64,000 nucleotides of DNA, from the NCBI GenBank assembly GCA_013239625.1, contig MU054117.1:1056001-1120000 (forward strand), in the 5' to 3' direction. The DNA comes from Lama guanicoe. Lineage: Eukaryota. A program made the position numbers and the translations under genes. Under the pieces are notes generated by a model that saw only the letters and a list, made by a program, of their open reading frames with translations, did not search any database and was not told the DNA's origin. Below are positions 25,540-37,845 of this stretch, piece by piece (the stretch's first letter is position 1; every line of letters starts with the position of its first letter).

Positions 25540-26570
25540 GTGTCATCGCAGTGTTTTCATTATTGTTTGCTTCTAAGTATTTTTAAATTCCCCTGTGATT
25601 TCTTTGATCTTCTGAGTTTTCTAAAAGTGTGTTTTCTTAATTTGCAAATGCAATAGGGATCTTGTAGTCACCTTTTAATTATGAGTTTCCAGTTCAGTTG
25701 CTTTGCAGCCGGAGAACGTGGTGCATGTGGCATGGATTATATGACACTGGCTGGGATTTAGTTTAACAGCCTCGTGAGTCGGCAAGTTTGTAAACATTCC
25801 ACGTGTGCTTCTGTAGAATGTGTGTGCTTTAACTGTGGGAAGAAAAATTCTGCTCGTGTCATCAGGTCAAGTTTGTTAGTCGTATGGTTTAGATTCGCTG
25901 CAGATTTCTGCAGATTTTCTGCCTGCTTGGCCCTTGGTAGCTCTCGTGACGTTTTATACTCCGTTTGGTCTGATGTTTGTAGTGACACCAGTGTGCTCTT
26001 GGTTGGGGTTTGCCTGACGTATTTTTCCCGTCCTGTCACTTCTGGTCTTCTGTGTGGTTTTGCTCCGGCCATAGCTCTTTTATGGGGGGGTAATTAGGTT
26101 TATGTATTTATTTATTTTTTGGAGGAGGTGCTGGGGGTTGAACCCAGGACCTCGTGCATGCCAGGCGTGCGCTCCACAGCGTGAGCTGTGCCCTGCCCCG
26201 CTGTCCTAGCTGTATGCGTTGAACACAGTGTGTAGTTTTTAATCTTTTATCTGAACTGACCGTGTCTCTTCCCACCCTCGGCACGCCAGGCGCGTTTCCA
26301 CGCGCTGTTTTCACGCATTTGAATGTGCCTCTGCCTTATTGTTAACATTTCTACTTGTTCCTGTATCTTTATGTCCTTTTTCCTCTTTTTTATTTTGTCT
26401 TTTTTAGTGATTAACCTTTTCCGATAAGTCTCCCCCTCCGCCCTTGCTTCTCTTCTCGTCTGTCGGTTTGGAACGTATTCCCCTGTGTCTGTCCCTTAGT
26501 CACTAGCCCTGCTGTTCTGTCAGGCGTGTTTAACAGGCGATGTTACAGTTAAGTGATATTTTTACCCTCC
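25540..26570 (-). mobile_element. Highly degraded L1 ORF2 fragment (interrupted by SINE)
   Basis: T-rich + strand with L1 endonuclease-region-like phrases. Confidence 0.55.
26077..26200 (-). mobile_element. tRNA-derived SINE (camelid Vic-1-like)
   Basis: Reverse complement has cagctca A-box region, gtcctgggttcaaccccc B-box and A-rich tail with aacctaattaccccc. Confidence 0.8.
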
Positions 26571-26719
26571 TCCCAGTCAAAAAAGCACGTTAGAGCCCCC
26601 GCTCACACCCCGGGCCCTGACTTCCACTCCCTCCTCGTCTGACGCGCCCCTGTCTTTATCCCACAAGTGTGATGTGCTGGCTGTCATTTGGCACAAGCAT
26701 TGCTTGTTCATGCCTGCAG

Positions 26720-27090
26720 GCCCTCTTCAGATTCTTGGACAGCAAGACCGGAGAGATGAACGTGGCTCCCACAGGCTCTGAGGCAAGAGAGCTTCTGCTG
26801 ACAGCGGAGCTTGTGCACAAGGGAGAGGAGTTGAGAGGGTGTCCGCTCCCTGAGGGCTTCAGGGAAGGAAGGCGTTTTCAAGGCAGTGAGAGGCAGGGGA
26901 CCGCAGGGGGCCCGATCAGCCTGGGCTCAGTCCTCAGGTTAGTTGGCATCAGGGTGAAATTTCTAGGACCATCAACCTTCTGGTTTCAGCCAGTCAGGGG
27001 TCTAGGTGCTGGCGGTTAGCAGTCTCCATCTGGGGGGTCTGCTTCCTGCAAGAACAACCTAGGACCATGTGCCAGGGACCTGGGAGCGCA
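26720..27090. mobile_element. Probable ERV LTR fragment
   Basis: catcaaccttctggtttcagccagtc..ggggtcta resembles ERV1-type LTR relics. Confidence 0.5.
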
Positions 27091-28502
27091 GGGGTTCTGC
27101 TCTGGGCAGATTTGTATTCCCGCTTTTGTCCTCGGGAACCAGGTACGCACATCAGCGGAACAGAGGGCTCGCCTTTCACTCCTGCGGCTCTTTGGTTACC
27201 ATATCAAAAGCCCCAGCTTCAGGTGCTCTGTCTTTGGCGGTCTGTCGAGCCCACGTGCTCGAGGCCGTCCCTCGGTCCTTTTCCACAACGGCTGTGCTCA
27301 CGTCCTGTCTCCCAGCACCTGTGGGCCCCGGGGAAACACGCCGGGCCTGTTTCTAATGTGCTTGTGGGGCCTGACTTAGGAGAGTGTCCCCTCCAGGGGG
27401 CCGACTGCTCCCTGCCTGGCATTGAGGGCGCCCCGCCCAGGACCACCAAGGCCCCCGCGCAGGTTCTGGTCCAGAGCCAGGAACCTCACAGTCCGCGTCT
27501 CCTCCTCGGCGCTGTTCTAAGGATCAAATCCCCCCTCCCCCGACACCAGGTGCGGTGGGACAGTGGCCCCCGTCACAGCCCCACTGCTTGAGCTCCCGCC
27601 ATGCTGGCGCTGCTCCCGCCTCCCCTTGGGACTCTGCTCCGTTTGTTTGTCTGGGGGCACAATCCCTGACAGCCCCTCCTGCCTTTGCAAGACCAGCCAC
27701 GCCTCAGATTGCATCTCAGCTGAAGTTAGGGCTGTGGACCAGGAGGCCAAGAGCCTTCAGACCTCCGTGACGCTGCCAAACGCAGCATGATACAGCCTCG
27801 CCCCCTGCTTTTAATCTCCTCGTTTTGAACCCACTGTTCCCCGCCTGAGAGTCTTTTCAGCTAGAAACCCTGTTGTGAATCACACGGGTCTTACCGGCAC
27901 CGGGGGCGCATTCTGGATCAGAGGGCCGGGACAGAGCCTGCTCCAGCACCGCCCGCGGGTGGGTGGCTCCCTCGTCTGCGTGGCACCAGCTGCTGTCAGA
28001 CCCTGCGGGTCCCAGGAGCCCATGACCTCAAGGAGCCCACGGTCCTATAGCCAGATCACCTCTCCCCGCAGCCAACAGGAGGGACGTGGCACTGACCGCC
28101 GATCCTGACTGGAGGCTGGCGGCTGGAACTCGGAGCCCTGTCCCTGTCCCACTCTGGCCTCGCGCTGCCAGACGGCAGTGATGTTAAATCAGAGTCACAT
28201 CCCTGAAGCTTCCCCTTCCACACTTGCTGTGAAGTTTAGCCTCCCAGGAGCGCCAGGAGCCACGTAGGGGGTGGGGTCCCACCTGTGAAATTAGCCCAGC
28301 TCGGGACCTGGGCAGGTCAGCTGGGAGATGAGTGCCCCTCCGTATACCGGCCTGCCCCCTTGCCCGCTGCCTCCGTGTGCGAACTGTGATCTGCCGGTCC
28401 CACGCGCACTGCCTCGTCCGCAGCCAGCCCTGCCCTGGGGGTCCTGGCCATCCTGGGTGTCCGCCCCCAGCCGGGCCTCTGGAGCAGCCTCTGTTTCCCC
28501 AG

Positions 28503-28563
28503 GCATCAAGTGGACGCCAGACGAGAACGGAGTCATTGCCTTTGACTGTCGGAATCGCGGCTG
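28503..28563 (+). CDS. CACNA2D4: CACNA2D4 exon 7
   Basis: cag|(G)[21 protein letters not shown]|gtaagc; 61 nt. Confidence 0.96.
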
Positions 28564-29169
28564 GTAAGCGCTCCCGGCGGGGCCCCTGGTGCCGGCCTCT
28601 CTTCACAGCCTTTGCATTTTGCCTGGTTGTCCTCCAGTCCCTGCCCCGCGCCCACCCAAGGGCCAGAAGTGTGTAGCATTAACCCGAAGCAAGAGGAGAG
28701 GTGTGGCTGGCTGCACCCGTCCACCCCCGCCTCCCTAGCGCTGCCTCCACTCAGGACTCCTCCCGTGTCTTCCTGCCCCAGCTCCTTCCAGACCCTGAGC
28801 TGGCCCCACATCACCCTCGGCCAGCCCTCCCCTCCCTGCAGATCTGTAACCAAGTTGGAGGGGGAGTTCGACTCCCTCGCTCCCTGCAGCCAGCCTCTGG
28901 GACCTGGGCTGGCCCGGAACAAGGAGGACAAGGGTCAGAACTTGACCTTTCCCCCACCTGACACGCCCACTCAATGGGCACAGTCCCGATGGTTGCCCCC
29001 GAATCAGCTTCAGAACCACCGAGTCGTCACGGGACATGAGAAAACTGGGCCCCAACCTGTGCTCTGCGCACCCCGGGGCCGGAGCCAGAACTGGGGTCGC
29101 GGGAGACCGGGTCAAGGCGGTCTGGTGGCGGCTCTCCCACCGTCTGCTGTCCCTCCCTTCCTGCTGAAG

Positions 29170-29320
29170 GTACATCCAGGCGGCCACCTCCCCCAAGGAC
29201 ATGGTGATCCTGGTGGACACGAGCGGCAGCATGAAGGGGCTGCGGCTGACCATCGCCAAGCACACGGTCTCGACCATCCTGGACACTCTGGGGGAGAATG
29301 ACTTCGTGAACATCATCGCG
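29170..29320 (+). CDS. CACNA2D4: CACNA2D4 exon 8 (VWA start, MIDAS DTSGS)
   Basis: aag|(W)[50 protein letters not shown]|gtaaac; 151 nt. Confidence 0.96.
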
Positions 29321-30046
29321 GTAAACACTCTGGACAGACGTTCATCCTCCCGCACCAGCAGGGCCTGTCCTTGTGGCCACTGATGCTTCGTGCCTTGGAC
29401 GCCTCTCCCTCCTCTGAGGCTGGGCCCCACTAGGGTGGGCTTCCTGGGATCCCCAAAGATTCTGAAATGATGGAATGTGGAATGTGTCACGTCCACTTTC
29501 CTGAGTCAGTTTGTCCGCCGAGTCTGGGCTCTGAGGAAGGTGAAGGTGCGTCTGAGCAGATCCCGAGCTCGGCCCCATCCACATGCCCGTGCCCCCTGGA
29601 GGGGCCTCTCTCTTCCCCCTCCCCAAACTCAGACACGTTGTGGGTGGGGGGCAGCAGACCCCAGTCCTGCTTTCACAGCAACTCTCCGTCGGGACTATCC
29701 CACCCGCCCCAGACAGGTGACAAAGTGCAGGGATAAACAGAAAAGGACGGGAGAGGCAGGTTCAGGGACATCTGGTCTCTGAGCTCCAGGAGGTGGACGC
29801 CCTCAGCCAGCACCTGGGAAAATGCTCAGGGCCAGGATTTGAGGGAGAATTTTTAGAGTTAAGGCCCTGCTGTGCCCTCTACTCCCTTCTCATTGCTCAA
29901 AAAAATTACCAAAATCATAGGGCCCCCCAAAAGCGTTACCCAGGTTCCAGGTGGCCCCACCCCTGACCCCTGTGAGCTGTGAGCTTTGTCCCTGGGCCCT
30001 GACCTTCCACACTGACCCCGTGTGCTCTGCCCTCTGCCCTCTGCAG

Positions 30047-30121
30047 TACAATGACTACATCCACTACATCGAGCCTTGTTTTAAAGGGATCCTGGTCCAG
30101 GCAGATCGAGACAACCGGGAG
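30047..30121 (+). CDS. CACNA2D4: CACNA2D4 exon 9
   Basis: cag|[25 protein letters not shown]|gtgggt; 75 nt. Confidence 0.95.
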
Positions 30122-30393
30122 GTGGGTGAGCTCGGTGCCAATGGGCATCTCCTTGCAGGGGCACAGAAGGCCTCGCACCCGGCCACCCGCACCCTCTCAG
30201 CTGGTCCTGGGGGCCCTGGAGAAACATGAGCGGTGGGGGCCAGCCGGGAACTTAGGGGCTCGTGGAGGGATGGGTCCTGCAACCCTGCTCTTCTGGGCGA
30301 ATGGCTCCAACAGCCCCTGAAAGCAGGACTGAAGATGCAGGTTCCCTGGCCCGCGGACCAGCTGACCCTCCTCTCGCTTCTCGCCCATGCTAG

Positions 30394-30483
30394 CACTTCA
30401 AACAACTGGTGGATGAGCTGATGGTCAAAGGTGTGGGGGTCGTGGACCAAGCCCTCAGTGAAGCCTTCCAGATCCTGAAGCAG
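30394..30483 (+). CDS. CACNA2D4: CACNA2D4 exon 10
   Basis: tag|[30 protein letters not shown]|gtactg; 90 nt. Confidence 0.95.
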
Positions 30484-30575
30484 GTACTGCGCCTGACGGC
30501 GCCGGGAGCGCAGTGGTGGGAGGCCGGGTGCAAGTGGGCGGGTCACTGCACTGTGCCCCCCTGTTCCCCGCGCAG

Positions 30576-30689
30576 TTCCAAGACGCCAGGCAAGGAAGCC
30601 TGTGCAACCAGGCCATCATGCTGATCACTGACGGGGCCGTGGAGGACTACGAGCCGGTGTTCGAGAAATACAATTGGCCAGACCGCAAG
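30576..30689 (+). CDS. CACNA2D4: CACNA2D4 exon 11
   Basis: cag|[38 protein letters not shown]|gttcct; 114 nt. Confidence 0.94.
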
Positions 30690-31030
30690 GTTCCTCCCCC
30701 GGGGAGGGCGGGGCGGGGGCCGAGGGAGGGCTCTCCTCCTGCCCGGAGGCCGGGCTGCCCCATCCACGCACTCTGCCCGTGAGGTCCAAGCTGACACTCC
30801 TACATTGCAGTGACCCGAGGGGCCCTGTGCGAGGGGCCAGGAGAGAGCGCAGAGTCTGGTGGAGACAGGAGTTCGGGAATGCGGGCTGTGAGCCCCGCTG
30901 CACCTGGGCCCTGGGTCCTCTCTGATGGGAGGGGGTGAGGTCGCAGAACCCCAAGACCCGACTCCAGACTTAGGGATGGTCAGGCCCCTCGTGCCTGGAC
31001 TCCGGCTGAGCCCACCGTCCTCATCCCCAG

Positions 31031-31109
31031 GTCCGAGTCTTCACCTACCTGATTGGGAGGGAAGTGAGTTTTGCTGACCGCTTGAAGTGGATCGCATGCA
31101 ACAACAAAG
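31031..31109 (+). CDS. CACNA2D4: CACNA2D4 exon 12
   Basis: cag|[27 protein letters not shown]|gtgagg; 79 nt. Confidence 0.96.
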
Positions 31110-32078
31110 GTGAGGCAGGCCCCTGGCACCTCACCTGAGTGCAGGTGGGACGGTGTTGCCCAGGCCCCGCGGGACACATGAGGCAGACGTAGTTGCCCCC
31201 AGAGCCTGAGAGATGCCCACCTGGCACCGCTGACTTGGGCCCCTCGATCTAAGCAGAGTGTGTTGAGCTCGCAGTGGGTGGGCAGACTCTCCCGGCCCCG
31301 AGAATCCATGTGGACAGGACGGTCCAGCAGGGGAGACTCCCAAGGGAGGCGTCATGACGGTACTGTCTGAAATGTGCTGCAGGGGGTGGGGGCACAGACC
31401 AGGCTGGGTGAGGGGCGAGTCCTCCTTGATGTGGGGTGTCAGGGAGGACTTCCTGAAGGAAGGGGATCTCAGGTGAGACATAAAGAAATGGTGGGAGTGA
31501 GTCAGATGCAGAAGGCAGGGAAGGGTGTTCAGGCCGAGGGAACAGCATGTTCAAAGGGTCTGAGACAAGAGATACTCTGGGAACGAAAGCCGCCCCATCC
31601 TCTGGAGCTGGAGTGAGTGTGTTGTGGGCGGGGAGAGCAGACACCTCCTGAATAATTCACAGGATTAAATCCTTGTGAGGTGTTCACTCTTCTAAATACC
31701 ACCTCAGCTGCAGCAAGGAGGGGACAGCCCCTCCCCACAACTGAGGACGGGAGTCAGAGGAAGGAGGGGCAGGGTGCTCGGAGACAGACCTGGGAGACAG
31801 AGCTGCATGCGGGAGGGAGCGCCCCTGGAAGGCAGCCCTATGGGAAGCCGGGGGGGGGCAGGTGCTGCACCCCCGTTGAGGCGGTGCTGCTCCTGGGGCG
31901 GCTCCGGAGCTGGGAGGGCCCCTTGGGTCTCTCCCAAGTCCAGGCAGGGCTAGGCCTTCTTGTCCCCGCAGGGTGAGGGTGACCTTGTGGGGAGTGGTGC
32001 CTGGAGCCCAGGCTGGCGGCGGCAGTGGGGGAGTGGGGGCCCACAGTCCTCAGTCACGCGCCCGCACCCTCCCCCCAG

Positions 32079-32212
32079 GCTACTACACGCAGATCTCCAC
32101 GCTGGCCGACGCCCAGGAGAACGTGATGGAGTACCTGCACGTGCTCAGCCGCCCCATGGTCATCAACCACCACCACGACGTCACCTGGACGGAAGCCTAC
32201 ATGGACAGCAAG
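32079..32212 (+). CDS. CACNA2D4: CACNA2D4 exon 13
   Basis: cag|(G)[44 protein letters not shown]|gtgggg; 134 nt. Confidence 0.96.
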
Positions 32213-33229
32213 GTGGGGCCCGCACCCCAGAGCGGGGGTTGGGAGAGGGGTAAGCTGGCCCTCCTCGGGGACGCTGCAGAGGGATGACACTCGGCCTGGA
32301 GCCCGCCCGCCCAGGGCCGCCCTCCAGGGACAGAGCTGTCTGCTCCAGACTCATCGCTTCTCCTCCCCGTGGTCCCCACCTCCCTCACTGTCCCCCCCCC
32401 ATCCCCGTCCTGGGAAGGAAGGAACCGACCAGGGGTTCAAGATACTCCAGTAACCAGGCGTCCTCCCTCCCGGGCTGAGTTTTCAAAGAGACTGCCTGTA
32501 GGCCTCACGCGGGAACAGACGTTGAGGGGAGACAGTCGGAGGCGATGCAGGGGGACGGGGCCTGCCTGGCTCTGCTCAGATCTCATCCCAGACGCAGACC
32601 CCGCTTCAGGATGCTGTGTCAGCCGGGGTTGAGAGAGATCTGGAAACGGTGGATTCTGTGAGAGAGGAGGGTGCTTCTCCGCACATGAAAGCCCAGAGGT
32701 GGCTGATCAGCTCCCAGGCCACCGGGGACCCAGGCCCCTTCCACTGTCCCTCCCATCCCTCGGGTCGGCCTAGTCCAAGCAGCCAGTGGAGCCCTGGACA
32801 CGGCAGCGGGTTCCAAGCTTCAGGTGGCGGAGGGGAGGGGCGCACCCCACCTTTGAGGGAAGCTTCCTGGGAGTCCAACCTGACGTCTCAGTGACCAGAG
32901 CTTAGTGCCCGGGTGACTCCTGGCTGTGTCCTGCTGCTGTCTGGGACGGCCCTTCCCTGCCGTGCGCTCGCCCTTGGCGTGGCCGGGACAGGAGGCTGGG
33001 TGAGCGTGCTTGGGAGCTGGGCTGTGGCCTCGGGGACTCTGAGACCTGCCCTGGCGACGTCAGCCTGGCCCTCTCCCCTCCAGCACCCCCGCGGCTCCCT
33101 CTGTGCAGGGAAGGGAACCTCCTTTGGGGGTTCTCCCGTGGGGAGGCTGACATTGTGGCGTGGGTGCCACCTGTGGCCTCTGCCCTCTGCCCTTCCCTGC
33201 TGATAGCCGCCCCCCCCCCGCCCCTGCAG

Positions 33230-33292
33230 GCCCAGAGCCTGAGCCTCCTCACCACCGTGGCCGTGCCGGTCTTCAGCAAGAAGAACGAGACC
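33230..33292 (+). CDS. CACNA2D4: CACNA2D4 exon 14 (5' boundary uncertain)
   Basis: ctgcag|AQSLSLLTTVAVPVFSKKNET|gtgagt; 63 nt, in frame. Confidence 0.85.
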
Positions 33293-33860
33293 GTGAGTGG
33301 CCGCTTCCCGGGGAGCTGTGGTGTCTGCAGTCCAGTGGTCCTGACAGGCGCCAGAACACCCCAGAGGGTTCAGTGCAGATCCCAGGCCCTGTGCCCCAGT
33401 AGCAACCGCAGAGTCCCTTGGTCAGGAGGGTGGGTGCTGGACCCTCACTTCCCGAGGCTCCCCGGGGCTTCTGCTCAGCTGGCCTGGGGTTGTCCCCCTG
33501 CTCTGTTCCCGGGACCCTGGGCTCAGTGGGTCACCTGCCAGACGCCTAGCAGTCTGGGCTGGCTCCAACCTGTTTGTAAAGGCTCTGCTGGGGGAGTTCC
33601 AGGTTTTCCACCCTCCGCCTGGTCAGGAGAGTGCTCCTCGGAGGCCCCGGGCTTCAGAGCCCCCACGGGTCGGGGCCCCCGGATCCCAGTGCTTCGGCCT
33701 CTGCTGTGAGGATCAACGCTTTGTCCAACTTTGTGCTGCATCTAAATAACACAGCCTAACACTGGGCATTAACCCTCCCAGCAGCGGGGGTGGCTCCTGG
33801 GGCCTCTTTAGGTGGTTCCAGACTTCCATTCCAAGGAGCTCGGCCTCAAACCTGACGGCA

Positions 33861-33955
33861 GGGGGCAGAGTTCAGCTCACTGGTGGGGCACGTCCCGAGC
33901 ACGCATGAGGCCCTGGGTTCAATCCCCGGTGCCTCCGCTGAAAATAAAGTAATTT
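33861..33955 (+). mobile_element. tRNA-derived SINE (Vic-1-like)
   Basis: cagctcactggt...gaggccctgggttcaatcccc...aaaataaa. Confidence 0.8.
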
Positions 33956-34094
33956 AAAAACCGGTAATAACACTCAGAGGAAGGATCACGCAAGGTCCAA
34001 GTGGCCTCCCCTCGTGGGCTCTGGAGAGGCCGCGGGCCCAGTCTCGCCGCGCATGCGGGCCGCAGGGCCCCTGACGCTGACGGCTTCCTTCCAG

Positions 34095-34175
34095 CGATCG
34101 CACGGCATTCTCCTGGGTGTGGTGGGCTCTGACGTGGCCCTGAGGGAGCTGATGAAGCTGGCCCCCCGGTACAAG
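34095..34175 (+). CDS. CACNA2D4: CACNA2D4 exon 15
   Basis: cag|[27 protein letters not shown]|gtgagc; 81 nt. Confidence 0.96.
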
Positions 34176-34675
34176 GTGAGCCTGGCCAGGCCCCCCAGGG
34201 GCTGCCCCAGCAGGCTCAGGAGCCTCCCTGCAGGCAGCGCGGCCAAGCCCACAGCTGGGTCGGGGCCTGCATCCCCCCCAGACACCCTGCTCCCCAGCAT
34301 CCCGCCCCTGGATATCCTGCTCCCAGACATCTCCCACCCCCATCCCCTCCCCGACAGACACCGAGCACAGGAAAGCGGTGGGGGCCCCCGGGACCTGGGT
34401 CGCCGCAGTTAGGACATGCTCTGGGACCTTCAGCAGTTCTTTCCCGTGCTGGTGCCTCGGTTTCCCAGTCTGTTCCTCCCACCAGCAGCCCCGTTTTGGG
34501 AAGAATGAGATATTTGAGGTGCTCACAGTGCCAAGAGCACGTGGCAGGCAGGAGCGAGAGGTGATGTGCATTGTCGCGGTTGCTCAGACCATAGTTTTGG
34601 GGGAGTTCAGACTGAGCGGAGAAGCACCGCCCTGGCTTAATCATGTTCTTGCTTGAGAAACTCGGTGCTGTGAGG

Positions 34676-34783
34676 AGCAGCCGCCCTCCCGCCCACGGCC
34701 CAGACCCCACAGCTGCCGCCCTCCCGCCTGCGGCCCAGACCCCCCAGCTGCTGCCCTCCTGCTTGCGGCCCAGAGCCCCCAGC
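34676..34783 (+). repeat. 35-bp tandem repeat, 3 copies
   Basis: agc(a/t)gccgccctcccgcc..cggcccagaccccc starting at 34676, 34711, 34746. Confidence 0.9.
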
Positions 34784-34823
34784 ACAGAGGCCGTCTGATG
34801 CCCCGCCATCCCTGTCTCCGTAG

Positions 34824-34898
34824 CTTGGGGTGCATGGATACGCCTTCCTGAACACTAACAACGGCTACATCCTCTCGCATCCTGACCTCCGACCCCTG
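34824..34898 (+). CDS. CACNA2D4: CACNA2D4 exon 16
   Basis: tag|[25 protein letters not shown]|gtaggt; 75 nt. Confidence 0.96.
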
Positions 34899-35917
34899 GT
34901 AGGTACCGATCTTGCCTTGAGATCTTAAGAATATGGGATTTGAGGGTAGCTCATAAAAACAGGTCAAACAGTGAATACACGTTTGGCTCCATTCAAGAAC
35001 CCAGTGTAACGAGGGAAAAATTTGAGTCATGGTCCCTGTTTTTACATTGTTTATGATCCACCCGGAGAGACAAGGTGTCGAGCAGCCTCCAGGGAGCAGG
35101 AACGAGTGCGCAGTTTTGCCCGCGGGATGGCCGCTTCCGCTGCCGTCACCGCCTCAGCAGCCCCCGGGCTCCCTCTTGGAGTCTGCGTGGCTCCAGGAGC
35201 CCGGGGGCCTCCCCAGGGCTGCGAGCGCTGCGGTGCCCTGGGAGCGGCAGGGAGGGGCCTCCCGAGGGGGGAGCAGGGCTGAGGCTGCCCTGAGGTGGTC
35301 CTGGGACGTGTCCCTGAGACGCCCCCCTCCGCGCTCCCTCCATCCCGACGTGGGGTTCGGAGCATTTCCACCTGAGTTCAGCTGAGCGACTGAGGCCAGG
35401 AGAGGAGGCTGCATCCTTCCGCCCAAAGTTCTGCCTCCAGGACCCTGGCCCTGGCCTTGGCCGCTGCCCACGCCAGCAACGGCCGCACCTCTCAGGCGGC
35501 TCGGGGAGCAGGGTGCGGAGTTGAGGTCTTAGTGGCATCTTGGCCCTTCCCCTGCACCTCCTGTCCTGAATCGAGGTTGGCGTCAGGACAACAGCAGGGC
35601 ACCTCTCCTGGCACTCCCCAGTGCTCACCCGCCCAGGTGTCACTGGAGAGACTGTTCTAGGCGCCACGCCTTTCTGTTCGGGTCGGATAGACAGAGTGAC
35701 CAAAAGCCCCAGCTGAGCTCTTTAAGTCAAACTCTAGAGGTTTGGAACGGAGAGATCAGAGCAGCCTGGAAGCCACCCCGTCTTCCCAGTTCAGACTCTG
35801 CTGAGCCAGCGTCTGAACCCTTAATGGGGCACCGGCCTGGGTGGGGGTGCTGTGGGAGTGGCCCCAGAGCCCACAGAGGGACTCACCAGGGAGACAGCAG
35901 CAGCGCTGACCCTGAGC

Positions 35918-36008
35918 AGGGTGGGGGTTTAGCTCAGCCATAGGGCACGAGCTCAGCGTGTGAGAGGTCCTGGGTTCAAGCCCCGGTCCCTCCGTTAAAA
36001 AAAAAAAA
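35918..36008 (+). mobile_element. tRNA-derived SINE (Vic-1-like)
   Basis: tagctcag...gaggtcctgggttcaagcccc followed by poly-A. Confidence 0.8.
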
Positions 36009-37845
36009 GCTGATTCTGGAGCCGACCCACAGGACGAAGGGGTCGAAAGGCATCGTCCCCACCTGTGTGATGTCGATGTTAGAGGACTTCAGCCAGTCCA
36101 TTCACACTGTGGTCCCACTGTGTGCCCGACCCTGCCATGCTCCGAGAAGGCTAGAAACAGACACTTACAGTCTAACTGAGGAAGCAGATCACAAAGACGA
36201 AGCAGAGTAACACCGCTGAAACGCGATCACATGGCAGCAGGGATGGTAAAGCCAGCAGGGCGAGGTTCCCATGGAAGGCGCGGTCCGTTCATGGTAGGTG
36301 TCGAGGAGGACAATTGTTGAGTTTAAAAATAACCATAGCAGAGGATTTGCCTGGTATTAACGCAGAAGATGGTCACAAGCCAGGCCTTTGGCCTGAAGTC
36401 TACATCAGTGCCTGGATGCAAGTAATTTGAGCAGAATCGTGACTTTCATGGGAGGAGCTAAAGATGACCATCCACTCCGTCAGGGTCAGGAAGTGACGGT
36501 GAAAAGGGTGTCGCTCCTCACTCAGCAGCGGCAGGTCCTGTGCGCCAGACGGCAGGACCGTGCCGTTGGCCTGAGTGTGGACTCGCAATGAGCCTGGGAA
36601 GGACTCGCCGCCCAGGCCAGGGTGGGAGGAGAGGCACAGGGAGGTGCCGGGCGGCAGGGGTGCTGCAGGTCTCCGGGCAGGTGAGACACCGGGTGACGCT
36701 TTCTTGAAAAGAGAGAAGACTGACCAAAGCAAGATCCACAGTGAAGGGGACTGTGGGGCCTTGTTCTGCGAAAAAGAGACCCTCTGGTTACCCCTTCGTT
36801 ACCCTGGGGACGAACTGTCCTCTTTCCTTTTTCGCTCTGTCACTGAACTAAGCCGGGGAAGAGCTGCAGACTGAACAGCAGATGACGACAGTATCAGAGA
36901 GAGAGAGGGAGAAGTCAGGGCCGGGAAGCGACAACCTTCAGGGGGTGGTGTTAGCAGTTCTGTGTCCAGCTGGAGGAGGTCTGCACTGGGCTCCGCGGAG
37001 TCTGTCTGTCCTTGGCTCCATCCCATTCAAACTTCTGTCAGCAATATGGAAACAGAAGGCAGATGCCACGAAGGCTGGAAGCCGGGGCTAATACCCGAAG
37101 CGAGGAAGCGCGTGTTCAGAAGCCTTTCCTCTAAAGCCACGGGCGCAGGCGAGCAGGGCGGAATGTACGAGGGACGCGTGGAGCTGCCCGCGGGGCCCTC
37201 GGTGCTCGAGCACGGGGCTGCGGGGCTGGAATGTGACGGGGCTTCACGGGGAAGGTCGAGGGCATTTAATCGGCTGCAAACCCGGTTTGAGCCGTCCTGG
37301 AAGGTGGCGGAGGCCGAGGCAGGGCCACACAGGTCACACACTGGGCAGACCCCATCTGACATACTGACTTGTCCTGGGCACTCCCTTTAGAGAGTGACGT
37401 GGACAGAGCAGAGCGTGTTCAGAGGGGGCTGCGGCCCCTGCGAACGGGGAACGTGTAGCTCGGAGAAGGGAAGTCCCGGGGGTGACAAGCTCCTTCGACA
37501 GTCTCCAGGGTTACCGGGTGGGAGATGTCTGGGCGGCTCGCGGGAGAGAACTAGGACCCTTGGGTGCAGGTCACGGGGAGACGGAGTCCAGCTCTGGACG
37601 AGGAAGAGCTCTTTCCTGGTCATGCTGTCCAGACCAGGGACAAGCCCCTCGAAGGCCAGGAGACCCTCTGTCACGAATGTCAGCCGGGATGCTCTGCCTT
37701 GGGTGGAAAGGGGCCCAGACTCCGCTGAGCAGTCGCCCAGATTCCCTGGCTTTACGAGCTTCCCCGACAGGCTTCAGGGAAGGGCTGGGACCTGGGCGGG
37801 GCCTCATGTTGGCCCTGTGTTTCTCCTCTGGGCCGTTGCCCTCAG

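Noticed and set aside
32703..32720. Intron 13 sequence translating as LISSQA, like the LLSSQ missing from exon 14 (possible microexon)
   Set aside because: No AG immediately upstream (preceded by gtgg) and no GT donor after; most likely coincidence
33861..33955. tRNA-like A/B-box sequences (also 35918, 40997, 49919)
   Set aside because: No intact cloverleaf; poly-A tails and multiple diverged copies identify them as SINEs, not tRNA genes
34676..34783. Regularly spaced 35-bp repeats as a CRISPR-like array
   Set aside because: Head-to-tail units without unique spacers, in a mammalian intron with no cas genes
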